A stretch of 64,000 nt of DNA, taken from the NCBI GenBank assembly GCA_014905635.1, contig CM026547.1, positions 1,612,001 to 1,676,000 of the forward strand, in the 5' to 3' direction. The DNA comes from Scenedesmus sp. PABB004. Its lineage: Eukaryota. Each line of letters begins with the position of its first letter. Positions within the stretch are counted from its first letter, which is position 1. The notes under the pieces were generated by a model. That model was given only the letters and a program-made list of their open reading frames with translations. It had not been told where the DNA came from and did no database searches. Both the position numbers and the translations under genes were made by a program. Below, one piece after another: positions 47,811 through 60,100 of this stretch.

Positions 47811-50800
47811 ATGGCCGCCGCGGCCGGCACAGGTGCGAGCGGCGACGCCGCGCGCCGGCGCTGCTGCGCGCGGCGCCGGGCCCTGCTCAGCCGGCGGGGG
47901 CGCACGCCGCAGGACGGATGGCTGATGGACCAGGTCCGGCGCCACACGGGGCAGCAGCACGCATGGACGCGCCTGCAGCGCGACCTGGCGAGGTGGGGCG
48001 CGGGGCGCCGCGCCGCGCGCGCTGCCGGCGGCGGGGACTGGCGCCGACCGAGCGCGCGCTCGCCGCCGCGGCCGCCGCGCGCCGGCGCAGGACGCTGGGA
48101 AGCATGTACAGCCTGTGCGAGGCGGACGGCCGCGCCGGCCTGGTGGAGGCGGCGGTGGCGGACCTCGAGGAGTTGGCGGCCGGCCTGCGCCAGCTGCAGC
48201 CGGGCCGCTGCTGCGGCTGCGACGCTGCCGGCGCGCGTGACGGCGGCTGCCAGCAGGCGGCGCCGTGCGCGCGGCAGCCGGGGCAGCACAGGGCTGGCGG
48301 CGGCGGCGGCAGCGGCGCGCTCGGGCGCAGCTTGCCAGGCCCGCATGCCAGCCGGCTGTCCGTCAGCAGCTCTGCGCAGCCGCCGCCGCCGCCGCCGCGA
48401 CCGCGACCGCCGCCCGGCGTGGAGCTGGCGGGCGCTGCCGTGGCGGAGCTGCCGGCGCACCAGCACAGCGACGACGGCAGCGACGATGCTGGCAGGGGCG
48501 GCGACACCTGCAGCAGCTGCAGCAGCACCAGCACATTCTCGAGCAGCGCCAGCAAGGGCAGCAGCGCCAGCAGCCTCAGCCCGGGGCTGGCGTGGCGCCG
48601 CGTGTTTGACGCCAGCGCGCTGGCCGACCCGGGCGCTGTGCCCGGCCTGCACCACAAGCTGTCGTCGCCCGACAGGTGGGGGGGGGGGCCCGCGCTGCGC
48701 TGCGCGGCGCCGCGCGCCTGCGACAGGGAGCCCCGGCTGCCTGGGGCCCCGGCGGCTGGCCTGGCGCGCCCACGTGCGCCCACGTGCGCCCGACCGCCGC
48801 TGCGCAGGCTGCGCAAGACGCCCAGCGAGACCAAGGCCGCCGCCGAGGAGCGCCAGGCGCGCGCCGAGCGCCTGCGCGCCGCCCTGGCGGAGGAGCGCCT
48901 CACCAAGCTGAAGCAGGAGCAGCTCACAAAGCAGCAGCGGCGCGCCGCGGGCAAGGTGCGCAGGGCTGACGCGCCGGCACCGTCCACCGCGGGGGCGTGG
49001 CGCGGCGCGGCGCGGCGCAGCGCTCCCGCCTGCAGCACACGTGGCCCAGCACCTGTCGCGCGTGCCGCTCGCCGCGCCGCAGGACGACGCGGGCGGCGCG
49101 AGCGCCGCGGCGGCGCGCAGCGCGGACAAGCACCAGCGCAGCGAGGCGCTGCGCGCGGCGCACATCGGTCGCATCAAGGCCAAGGCGGGGGACGAGGCGC
49201 GCAAGGTGGAGGAGGTGACCTTCATCAACACGCTCAACACGGAGGGCAAGAAGGCGGACCTGCAGCAGAGGCTGGAGGACGGTGCGCGCCGCGCGCCGCC
49301 GGCTGCGCACGTGGCGTGCGCGGGCGACGCGCGCACGCGCGCCCGCTCGCAGCGCGACGCGCCCCGCTGACCGGGCCGCGCCGCGCTGCCCCGTGCGGCC
49401 CCTGCCCGCCCCGCGCAGGCGAGGCTCGCCGCGCTGAGGCGTTGGCCGCCATCCTCGCGAAGCAGCACGGCGCGGCGCTGAGCGTGCGCGAGGCGGCCGA
49501 GCGGCGGCGCGCGGCCGAGGCGGAGCGGCTGGCGGCGCTGGCGGAGAGGCAGCGGCGCAAGCAGGAGGCGCAGGCCAAGATCGAGCTGGAGCGGCGCGCG
49601 GCGGCGGCGGCGCGCGAGGCAGCCAAGGCGGCGGCGCGCGACACCGCGCTGCAGCGCGAAGCCGCGCGGCAGCAGCAGGCGGCGTGGCTGAGCGGCCGAA
49701 CCAGCGCGCGCCTCAAGGAGGCCGCCCAGCGCAGGTGCGCTGCGCCATGCCCTGTCGGCCTTTGCCGCCGGCCCGGCCGGCCATGTCCCTCACGCGCACC
49801 ACGCTGCTGCCGCGTTTGCAGGCTGCGCCACCTCAGCATGATCCGGGAGCGCGCGGCGCTGGGCAAGGACTTTGAGCGGCGCGACAGCTTCACTGGCTCG
49901 CCGGCAGCCCGCTGGCCCTCGGCTGCGGCGCTGCCGGCCGCCAGGCCTGCTGCCGGCGGCGCCACAGCCGCTGGAGTGGCGGCGGAGCAGGAGCGCCAGC
50001 AGCCGCGGCTGCACGAGGGCAGGCCGCCGGTGGCACCCGCCGGCGGCGGTGGCGGCACAAGCCAGAGCCTGGCGGCCAGCCTGCTGGGCGGGCCAGCGCC
50101 GGTGAGCACGGTGCCGCCGCGGCCGTCCAAGCTCAACGCGGCGGCGCCCTGCTTCTTGCCGACGGCGGCGGGCAGCTGTCCCGCGCCCGGCGCGCCCTCG
50201 CCTGGAGCCGGCGGCCCGGGCAGCGCCGGTGCAGATGCCAGCCTCGCCGTCGGCCGGCCGCCGTCGGGCCAGCTGTCGCGGCCGCACACGCCCGCGGGCA
50301 GCAGCCCCGCGGCGACGCCGGGGGGCAGCCGCGGCGCCTCGCCCGCGCCCGTCAGCCCCGCCGCCGCGCCGCTGCCGGGCGAGGTGCTGGCGCAGCTGCA
50401 AGGCCACAGCCAGAGCATCGCCGAGGCGGGCATCACGCCTGCCAGCAGCCTGAAGAGCAGCATCAAGGGCGCGCGCCGGCGCATGGCCAAGGCACGGCGC
50501 AAGCTGCTGGAGCAGGGGTGAGGCGCAGCGCGGCGCGGGACCTGCGGCGGCGCACGCACGCGGGGCCGCGCGCGCCGCATCGCGCTGCGCGCCCACCGCG
50601 CGCCGCCCTGCCTCTCCCTCCGCGCCCACCCGTCCGCCCGCCAGGGGCTGCTTCTCGGAGCCCGACGACGTGATGGCCCTCAGCTGCTCGGCAGAGGCGC
50701 AGCAGCTGCTGGCCGCCTGGGCGCCGCACCTGGCGCTGCTCAACGTGCAGCCGCCGCAGCTGCGCTACCCGCAGGCCGCGGCCGCGGCGGGGGCGACCGC

Positions 50801-51771
50801 CGCCGTCGCGGCCGCGCTGCACCACGGCACGCTGGCGCAGCAGGCCTGCTGCGCTGACGGCGCCGACGCCGGCAGCCCTGCGCTCAGCGGGCGCAGCACC
50901 AGCAACGCCAGCAGCGGCTGCGCCGGCTGCAGCCCCGGCAAGCAGCCGGGCGCGCGGCTCGCCGGGAGCAGCCCCTGCCACAGCCGGTGCAGCAGCTGCG
51001 CCGGGTGCGGCGGGCAGCGCTCGGGGCCGCACAGCCCGCTGTCGGGCGGCTCCAGCCCCTTCTTCTCCGGTGGCGGCAGCACGCCCTTTGGCCGCACCCA
51101 GCAGGCCGAGCGCCGCGACGCGCTGGCGGCGCTCGTCAACAGCGCCCGCGCGGCGCTGGGCAGGCAGCCGCTGCTGGTGTGCCACCTCGCGCGCCAGACG
51201 GGCCTGCTGCACCTGGTGTGCAAGGAGGCGCTGGCCGCGACGGGCAGCAGCGTGCCCGGCGCCGCTAGCGCCGCCGCGCCGGCAGACGCCAGGGCCGCCG
51301 CGGCCGCGGAGGCCAAGGCGCGGCAGGCGCGGCTGCTCGAGGTGCGCCCGTCGGGGCCGCGGCGCTCCCCGCGCCTGCGCGCCCGCGCTGCCGCGAGCGC
51401 CGCGCCGCGCGCGCCCACGCTCGCGCCCCGCGCGCCCCCAGGCGCGGCTGCTGGGCCTGCTGCTGCGGCTGCTGGAGCTGCCAATGAACCGGGACTACCT
51501 CCTCGCCTCGGGCCCGCTGCTGCCCGCGTTTGGGAAGGCAGCGCTCGCGGCGCTGGACCACTGCAACAGCCTGGAGGCCGACGAGCCCGCCATGGCCACC
51601 GGCGGCGAGGCGGCCGCGCGGCTCAGCATGCTGCTGCAGGTGGGCACAGCGCGGCACTCGGGGGCGGCTGCTGGCGGCGGCGGGCGCGCAGCACCCCGTC
51701 CGCCTGCGCGGTGCTGCCTGGGGGGCCTGCGGATGAGCCCGCGTCACCGCCGCCGCCGCCGCCGCCGCCGC

Positions 51772-51803
<32 letters not shown>

Positions 51804-52056
51804 TGCACAGGTGGTGGTGTCGGTGCTGGAGCACGACGCGCCCAGCGCCGACCTCGTGGCGATGCAGGAGGAGCTGGTGGGCTTCATGGTTGCCGCGGGC
51901 ACCATCCGGCGGCTGGCCAACGTGTTCAGCCTCTTCGACCAGCCCGTGAAGGACGCGGCGCGCGCCGTGCCGCCCCACGTGCTGCAGGCACGCGCGGCGG
52001 CCGCCCGCCCGCCCCGGCAGCCAGCCGCCGCCGGCCCGTCGCGGCCGCCCGACTCA

Positions 52057-52096
<40 letters not shown>

Positions 52097-52815
52097 AGAG
52101 CCTGCGCCTGCTGCGCGGCCTGACCGCGGTGCGGGACCCGCCCGCGGAGCTGCTGGTGGACAAGCGCTGGCCGGCCGTGAGCCCCAACGCGGCCGCCATC
52201 GTGATGGACCTGCAGGCCACGGCGATGGTGCGGCGGCGCGCGGCGGGGGCTGCGCGTGGCCCGCAACGCGGCCCCGGCCCCGGCCGCTGACCGGCCCCGC
52301 CGCCGCTCCCCCCCCCACCCCACCACCACCACCACACTCAGGCGGGCGTGCTCTCGCTGCTGACCGCGGTCCTGCTCAACGCCGCACCGACCTGCACACC
52401 CGCCGAGGCCTCCAGCAAGGCGCTGCCGCCCAACTTTGTCGAGGCTGCGCACCTGGTGATGGCGGTGCTCACCAACGTCTGCGCCCTCGACCTGCTCGCC
52501 GCGCAGCACATGCTCTCGTGCGCGCACAACCGGCTGGAGCTGTGGCACCTGCTCAGCTTCCTGCTGAGCTACGCCACCAGCCGCTGGCCCGCGGCCGCGC
52601 CGCGCGGCGCGGCCGCGGGGCTGGCGCCCGCGCGCGAGCAGGCGGCGGCGCCAGGGCAGGCGGGCCAGGCGCGCTCTGGCGCCGCGCCGCTGCAGGAGCA
52701 GCAGGGGCAGCAGGGGCAGCAGCAGCAGCAGGAGCAGCAGCAGGGGCAGCAGCAGGGGCAGCAGCAGCAGCAGGCGCTGCCGTCCCAGCAGCAGGGCGCA
52801 GGCGCGCCGGCCGCT

Positions 52816-52846
<31 letters not shown>

Positions 52847-53493
52847 GCCTACGAGCCGACTCGGCGCCCGGCGCGGGCCTGGGCGCCGGCCCGGGCGGCG
52901 GCGCGCCGTGCTGTGCGGCGTCCGCGGGCGCGCACCACCCCATCGCGCTGCTGCTGAACGAGGTCCTGCTGCTGGTGGGCTCCTTCTGTGTGCTGCACCC
53001 GAGCAACCAGGCGATGCTGCAGTGGGGCCGCAGCCCTGGCAGCATCCTGCAGCGCCTGTGCGCCGTGCCGGCGCCCTACTTTGACGCGCCCGCGCTCAGG
53101 GCGATCGCGCTGCCGACGCTGCTGGCGGTGGCGTTCCGCGCCGAGCGCACGTGCGACATCCTGACCCAGCACTGCAGCCCGGGGCTGCTGGACTTTGTGC
53201 GGGAGGCGCGGCGCGGCGCGGCGGCGCAGCCGGCTGCGCCGGCGCCGGCGCCGGCAGCAGGGACGGCGGCAGCAGGGGCGGCGGCGGGCGACGCGGCGGT
53301 GGGGCGGCAGCAGGCGCAGCAGCCGGCGGGCGCGGACGCCGCTGGGCGGCCGCGCGAGCGCAGCGGCGACGGCGGCAGCCGGGCGCCGCCCGTGCCACCC
53401 CGGTTTGCGCTCGCGCGGCGCTTCCCCCTGGCGCTGCTGGACGAGGCGGAGGAGTTTTTTGAGCGCCACGCGCGCGCGGGCGGCGGCGTGTGA
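47811..53493 (+). CDS. SCAPER: SCAPER (S-phase cyclin A-associated protein in the ER) homologue
   Basis: LHHKLSSPDR|LRKTPSE, coiled coil with KAGDEARKVEEVTFINTLN..K..LQQRL, and C-terminal LLNEVLLLVGSFCVLHPSNQ..LQWGRSP.ILQRLC.VP..YF..PTLL and LARRFP. The start is approximate. Confidence 0.85.
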
Positions 53494-54129
53494 GCGCGGC
53501 GCGGGTCGGTGTGTTTGACCATCAGGTCTCAACTCGCCTGTTACTGGCAACTGGCGACCGCCAACTCCATCGGCTCCCGCCGACTGCGCAGCAGCTCCCC
53601 AACCACTACCAGCGACGCGCGCGGCCGCAGCATGGCCGCTCGTTCGTGCGGCGGTCCTGCCCACCGCGCGCGCCGCCGAAACACTCAGTTCTTGCGCGCG
53701 CCGCGCGCGCTTGTGCAGCGCAGCCGGCCCGCTCTGAGCGGGCGCCCCCGAGGGAGGGGGGGCGCTGCTTATGCACGGCGGCGCACGCTGGCCGCGACAG
53801 GTGCCCGGGTCTGAGAGCATGCGCGCCGCATTCTTCGGGGCAGCAGCAGAGCCGCCAGGGCGCGATCTGCCCCGCCCGCAACGCACGTGCGTCGGCCGCC
53901 AGGGGGCGGCTTATTCGCAGCCGCCGTGCGCCGCCGAGGAGGCTAGGGGCACAGGGAGTGGGGCAAAAAGCTCTAGCTCGCAGCGCCAGCTACTCTGAGC
54001 GCGCGGCGCCAACTCAACCTCAACGCGCAGAGAGTTTGGGCCTTCCCCAGCTCCGCCCCACACGTTCCCCCTGCCCGCCCGCCGCCGCGCGCTCGAGCGC
54101 GCGCGGGCGGCCCCCGCACCCGCCCCCGC

Positions 54130-57100
54130 TCACGCCTCGGCGCAGGGCTGCGCGGGCACGCCGCGCCAGACCGTGCCGGGCGGCACGACCTCGCCCTTCA
54201 TCACAAGGCTCACGTCGCCCACGACCGCGCCGTTGCTGATGGTGACGCCCGGCAGCACGCACGACCCGCACCCGATCGTGCACCGGCTGCCGATCACCAC
54301 GTCTGTGCGGCGGGTGGTGGCGTGTGCGCGTGAGCGTGCGGCGCGGCGCGTCTGCAGCGCGCCGCGGCCGTCGCGTGCGCGCGCACGCGCTGGCTGGCGC
54401 GGCGCGGCTGCCGGTCGCACCGTGGAACTTGAGGCGCCGGTTTTCGACGGTGTGTGCCATGACAAAGGTCATCTCGTCCACCACGCTGCCGTCGCCGATG
54501 GTGATGCAGTCGGGCTCTTGGCTGTGTGTGGGTGTGCGTGGGTGGGAGGGGGAGGGGGCTTGAGGGGCAAGCTCCAGCGGTGCGCGGCGCAGCGCGAGCG
54601 TGGCGCGAGAGCACGCGCGGTGCGGCGGCGCGCGCGCCTGTGCAGGCCGAGGAGCAGCACGTTGGCGCCGATGCGCGCGCCCATCGCGCGGTAGTACCAC
54701 ACGGCGAGCTGGCTGCCGCTCAGCGCGCGCAGCAGGCCGGCCTGCGGCGCGGCACGGTGGGCCGCGCGGGCGGGCGGTGGGCCGCCGCGGTCGTGCCGCC
54801 GCGAGCTGAGGGCCGTGCGAGCGGCCCAACGAAAACAGGACCCCTTGAGCAGCGGGGGCGCGGCTGCAGGCCAAGCCCAACAGCGAGAGGCCGCGGTCGC
54901 GCGGCCGCCCCAACAGCGAGAGGCCTCGCGGCGCGCCTGGTGGAAGTAGAGGAGGATGCCGGTGATCATCCAGGCCGTGTGCCCGCCGCTGTAAAACGGG
55001 TGCTCGCCCGCGCAGCGCGGCAGCAGCACGCTGCGGCGGCGGCGGCGCGGCGCGGCGCGCGCGGGGCGTGTGGGCGCGCGGAGCGTGGGGCGCGGCGCGC
55101 GCAGGGCGTGTGGGCGCGCGGGCGTGGGGCGCGGCGGCGGCGCAGCGCGCCCTCACCGCTTGACCAGGGCGAGCCAGGCGACCGCGAGCACGACGCCCAG
55201 CGCGTACGTGAGCGGCGCGGCGAGGAGGCCCGGCAGCAGGCCGGCGCTGAAGAGCAGGACCGCTGCGGAGGGGCGCGCGGCGCGGTGGCGTGTGCGGCGG
55301 GGCGCGCGTGGGCGCGGCGCGGGGCGCGCATGCGGGCGGCGGTGGTTGCCGCGCGCGCCCCGGGGGCGCGGCCGCGCACAGCTGAGCGCGGCGGCGGTGG
55401 CGGGCGCTCACCGCTGGCGGCGTAGAAGGGCGTGACGAGCAGCTCGCCGCTGAGCGGCACGAGCAGCAGCATGCCGGCGACGTACGTCGCGTTGAACGAC
55501 GCGTAGTGCCGCCACCCCACGCGCCGCGCGTCGGCGGGCTCGGGCGGCGCGCCGGGCGGGCGCGGCGCGCCGGGCGGCGGCTCTGCGCGGCCGGGGCGCA
55601 GCGTGAGCGGGCCCTGCGTGACGCTGTCGCGCGCGTACGTGCTGCCCGCGGCGGCGTAAGTGAAGACGCCAAGCACGGCGCCGGGCTGCACCGTGACGCC
55701 GGGGTAGAGCTGGCGCGGCGCGGCGGCGGGGCGGAGGTGGGGTTCAGCGGCGCCGAGGGCGTTCAGCAGCGCGTGGGGGCGCGGCGGCGCCGATGGCGGC
55801 GGCAGCGGCGACGACAGCGCGCACCGCGGTCTGGTTGGTGACGTCGCAGCCGGCGCGGATGCTGATCGGCGCCGCGCCGAGCGCAGCCGACGGCATCAGC
55901 GTCACGCCGCTGCCGCGACAGAGGGGCGGGGGGCAGGCGGGCGCGCGGCGCGGTCAGCGGGGGCGCGGCGCGCGCGCGCCCGCGCGCGAGCTGGGCGGGC
56001 CGTGCCGCAGCGGCGTGCGGGCGCCGCGCCGCGCCTGCAGACCGACACGCAGTCGCCGACGTCGAGCAGATCGTGCTGGTGCAGCGTGAGGTCCTGGGGG
56101 CGGCGGAGGGTTGACTGGCTCAGCAGCAGGGCGGCAGCGGCAGAGCCGCCGCCTCGCTCGCTGGCCGCGCGCCACGCCGCCTCACCTCGCCGATCCAGGC
56201 CTGGCGGCCGACGCGCGCGCCGAGGCCGCGCAGCCAGGCGTTGAAGAGCGCCGTGCCGCTCCACATGAACGCGCCCGCGCGCACCGCCGGGTGCTCGAGC
56301 AGGCAGCGCAGCACGTGCGTGCGGAAGCGGGCGCCCCAGGTCGGCGGGCGCGGCGCGCCGCCCGCGAGGCCGACGCCGCGCACGCGGCCGAGCAGCAGCC
56401 ACTTGTACGGCACCGCCAGCAGCACGAGCGCCTGGCCTGCGGGCGCGCGCGCGCGGACGGCCGCGTCGGCCGGGCGGGCCGGCGGCGCAGCGTGCGCATG
56501 CCCCCGCGACCCCGAGCCCGCCCCGCGGCGCAGGTGTGGGTGTCGTCACCCACCGAGCATGAAGGAGACCATTGGGAAGAGCAGCATGGCCTTCACGCTG
56601 GACAGCATGAGCCCGTGGCACACCGCCACCTGCGGTGCGGGCTGCGGCGTGCCGGGCCAGCGCAGCCAGCAGGCGAGCGAGTCGGCGGCGAGGCGGGTGA
56701 TGTCAGAGCGGCTGTAACCGGCCAGCCAGAGCCAGAAGGTGACGAAGCCGTCTGTGGGGTGGTCGGGTGGCGCGACGCGGCGCGGGCGGGCGGGGGCGGG
56801 CAGGGGGCGGTCAGCGCAGGAGGCGGCGCAGCGCAGGGCGCAGGCGCGCGCGCACATGAGGCGGGCGCGCTGACGGCGCTCATGAGCAGGGAGGTCAGCG
56901 GCAGCGCCAGCAGCGCCGCGCCGACGCCGAGCGGGCGGTCGACCGTGCGCACGGCCGCGAGCGCGGCGGGGCCGACTTGGCCGACCCGGACGAGGGGTTG
57001 GTCGTCGCGGAGCACGGCTCGACGACGGTGCCTGGCGGCACAGCCGAGCTGACCACCATCGCGTGCGGGCCGACGACCGCGCCGGCGCCGACGCTCGCGG

Positions 57101-60100
57101 GCGCGAGGTGCATCGTGCCGAGCGCCGCGGCGCCGCCGCCGTCGTCGTCGCCGGCCGCCGCGGCAAAGGTGACGGCGGTGACGCCACTGCTCGCGTCGAG
57201 GCAGGCGCCGTCGCCGAGGGAGATGAGGTCGAAGCCCTGCAGGTCGTTGGTGTCGATGACGACGCCCGACCCCACGCGCACGCCGAGCGCGCGGTACCAC
57301 CAGCACAGCAGCTCGGTGCGGCGGATGGCGGGCAGGAAGCTGGCTCGCGCGCCCTGCGGGGGGGGGGGGGGGGGCGCGGCGCGCGGCGCGGTGCGCAGCG
57401 CGCGTCAGCGAGGCGGCGGGAGCGGGGCGGCGCAGGCGGGGCGGCGCGCGCGGCGGGGGCGGCGGCAGCTCACGAGCGTGAGGACGTTGACGAGCCAGTG
57501 CCGCAGGAAGGCGCCGCCCCAGAGCGGCGCGGTGCCGGCCCTGTACCGCCCCACGAGCAGCCACTTGCCGCCGATGGTCCACGCCGCAAACAGCGCCATG
57601 CTCGCGAGGTCAAACGCGGGCAGCAGCGCGAGCGCGGCCCAGCCGAGCCGCGCCGTTGCGGCAAAAAAGCCGACAAACGGCGCCGCCGTGGTCACGGCCG
57701 ACAGGCCGCCCAGCAGCACGAGCGCCGCGACCTGCATGGCCGTGGCCCAGGCGACCGAGGGCGCCGCCGCGCCGGCGCCGCGCGGCGGCGGCGCGGCGCC
57801 GTCCTGCTTGGCGCCGCCGCCGCGGCCGCCGCCAGCCGCCGCGGCGGCCTTGCCGGGGCCGGGCAGCAGCCCGCCGCGCGCGCCGCCGCCGGGCGCGCCG
57901 GGCGCGACCCCGGCGCCTGCGCCGCGCAGCGCCGAGGCGGCCGCGGGGTCGGCGCCACCGCTGGCAAAGGGGCTGGAGAAGCCCGGCAGCTGCGGCGCGG
58001 CAGCGTCGAGCGCCGCCACGCCGGGCGGGCCGAGGAAGAGCCGCGCGTGCGGCAGGGCCTCGCCGCGCGAGGAGACCTCGCCGCTGGCGCTCGACGCGGC
58101 GCTCGCGGCGGGCGCGTGCGCCGCGCCGCCGGCGCCCTTGGCAAACGCCGCAAACGCCGCGCCCGCCGCGGCAAAGGCGGCCTGGTAGGCCGCGACCGCC
58201 GCGTGCGTGGGCGGCGCGCCGGTCGCGCGCGGGCCGGCGCCGCGCAGCGCGTCGTCGCCGTCGGCCCGCGCGGCGGGCGTGCCGCCGCCGAGCGCGGCCG
58301 AGACGGCCGCCGCGACGTTGGCCGCCACGCTCGCGGCGGCGGCCGAGAAGCCGTCCGTGAGGCTGCTGCCGCCGCTGGGCGCGACGGACCACGCCGAAAT
58401 GCTGCCGCCGGCGGACGGCAGCTCCCAGGCCGACGCGCTGACGCTGGAGCCGGCCCCGAGCGGCGCCTGCAGGCTGCCCGCGCTGCCGGCCCGGATGAAG
58501 CTGCCGGCGCAGCTGGGCACCGCAAAGCTGCCGGCGCCGCTGGGGCCGAAGGGGAGCGGCCCCAGGACCGACTCCTTGGAGGCCAGCGCCTTGGGCGGCG
58601 CGCCGCCGGCGGCGGCCACCGCGGCGGCAAAGGCCGCCAGCGTCGGCGCCGAGTAGATGAGCAGGCCGCTCATGGCCGGCAGCGCCAGGCCCGCGCGCAG
58701 CTGGCTGTTGACGCGGCCGGCAATCAGGCTGTTGCCGCCGAGGGCGAAAAAGTCTGACTCGGGCCCCAGCGCGCCGACCTCGACGCCCAGCGCCTCGGCC
58801 CAGGCGGCCGCGACGAGGGCCTGCAGCCGGTCGGTCGCGCATGCCGCCCCCAGGGGCTTGGCGCCGGCCAGCGCCGCTGGCGGGGACGCCGGCGGGTGCG
58901 CCTCGGCGGGGCTGGTGATGCTGGAGCTGCTGCCCGAGCGCGCGCTGAGCGCCGAGCCGCCGGCGGCGGCCACCGCGGCGGCAAAGGCTGCCAGCGTCGG
59001 CGCAGAGTAGATGAGCAGGCCGCTCATGGCTGGCAGCGCCAGGCCCGCGCGCAGCTGGCTGTTGACGCGGCCGGCAATCAGGCTGTTGCCGCCGAGGGCA
59101 AAAAAGTCTGACTCAGGCCCCAGCGCGCCGACCTCGACGCCCAGCGCCTCGGCCCAGGCGGCCGCGACGAAGGCCTGCAGCGGGTCGGCCACGCACGCCG
59201 GCGCCAGGGGCTCGGGCGAGGGGCTGCTGCCCTGGCTGCTGGCCTCCTCGCCCGCCGGCGCCGCCACGGCAGGCAGCGCGCGGCCGGCGGCGCGGCCGCC
59301 GGCGGGCCCAGCCGGCGCCGGCGCCGGCGCGGCGGCGGGTCGCGGCGGGCGCACGCCGTCGCGCGCAAAGTCGGGCGGCGGGAGCGCCTTTCGGTTGACC
59401 TTCTCGCTGGGGAGCAGGGGCAGCGCGTCGAGCAGGACCACCGCAGTGGGTATCATGTAGTCTGGCAGCGCGCCCGCGAGGCCGGCGACGAGGCCGCCGC
59501 GGTCGAGCGCCGCGGGGCTGACCCACGCGGCGAGCTGGTCCTGCCCGGTCGTGGGGTTGGCCGCGAGCGCGCACGCGACCTGCGCCACGCCCGGGAGCGC
59601 GCCCAGCACCGCCTCGACCTCCTGCGGCGGGGGCCGCCGCGGAGCGGGCGGGGGGTCGGGCCGGGCGCGCGCCGCGCGCGCGCGCGCCGTTGCGAGCTGC
59701 CGCACGCTGCCACGGGGCTGCCGCGGGGCTGCGCGCTGCCGCGCCGCGCGCCGCACGCCGCGCCGCGTCGCTGGCGCACCTGGAGCTCGATGCGCAGGCC
59801 GCGCAGCTTGACCTGGTGGTCGACGCGGCCGAGGAACTCGAGCACGCCGTCGCCGCCGGGCAGCCAGCGCACGGCGTCGCCGGTGCGGTACATGACGTGC
59901 GTGTGGCTGGCGGGGCCCTCCGCGAAGGGGTTGGGCACAAAGGTGGTCGCGTTGAGCTCGGGGCGCTTGAGGTAGCCGCCCGCGACGCTGACGCCGCTGA
60001 TGAAGAGCTGCCCGGGCACGCCGCGCGGCACCGGACGCAGCGACGCGTCGAGCACGTAGAGGCGCGCGTTGTGGATGGGCCGGCCGATGGGGATGGTCGC

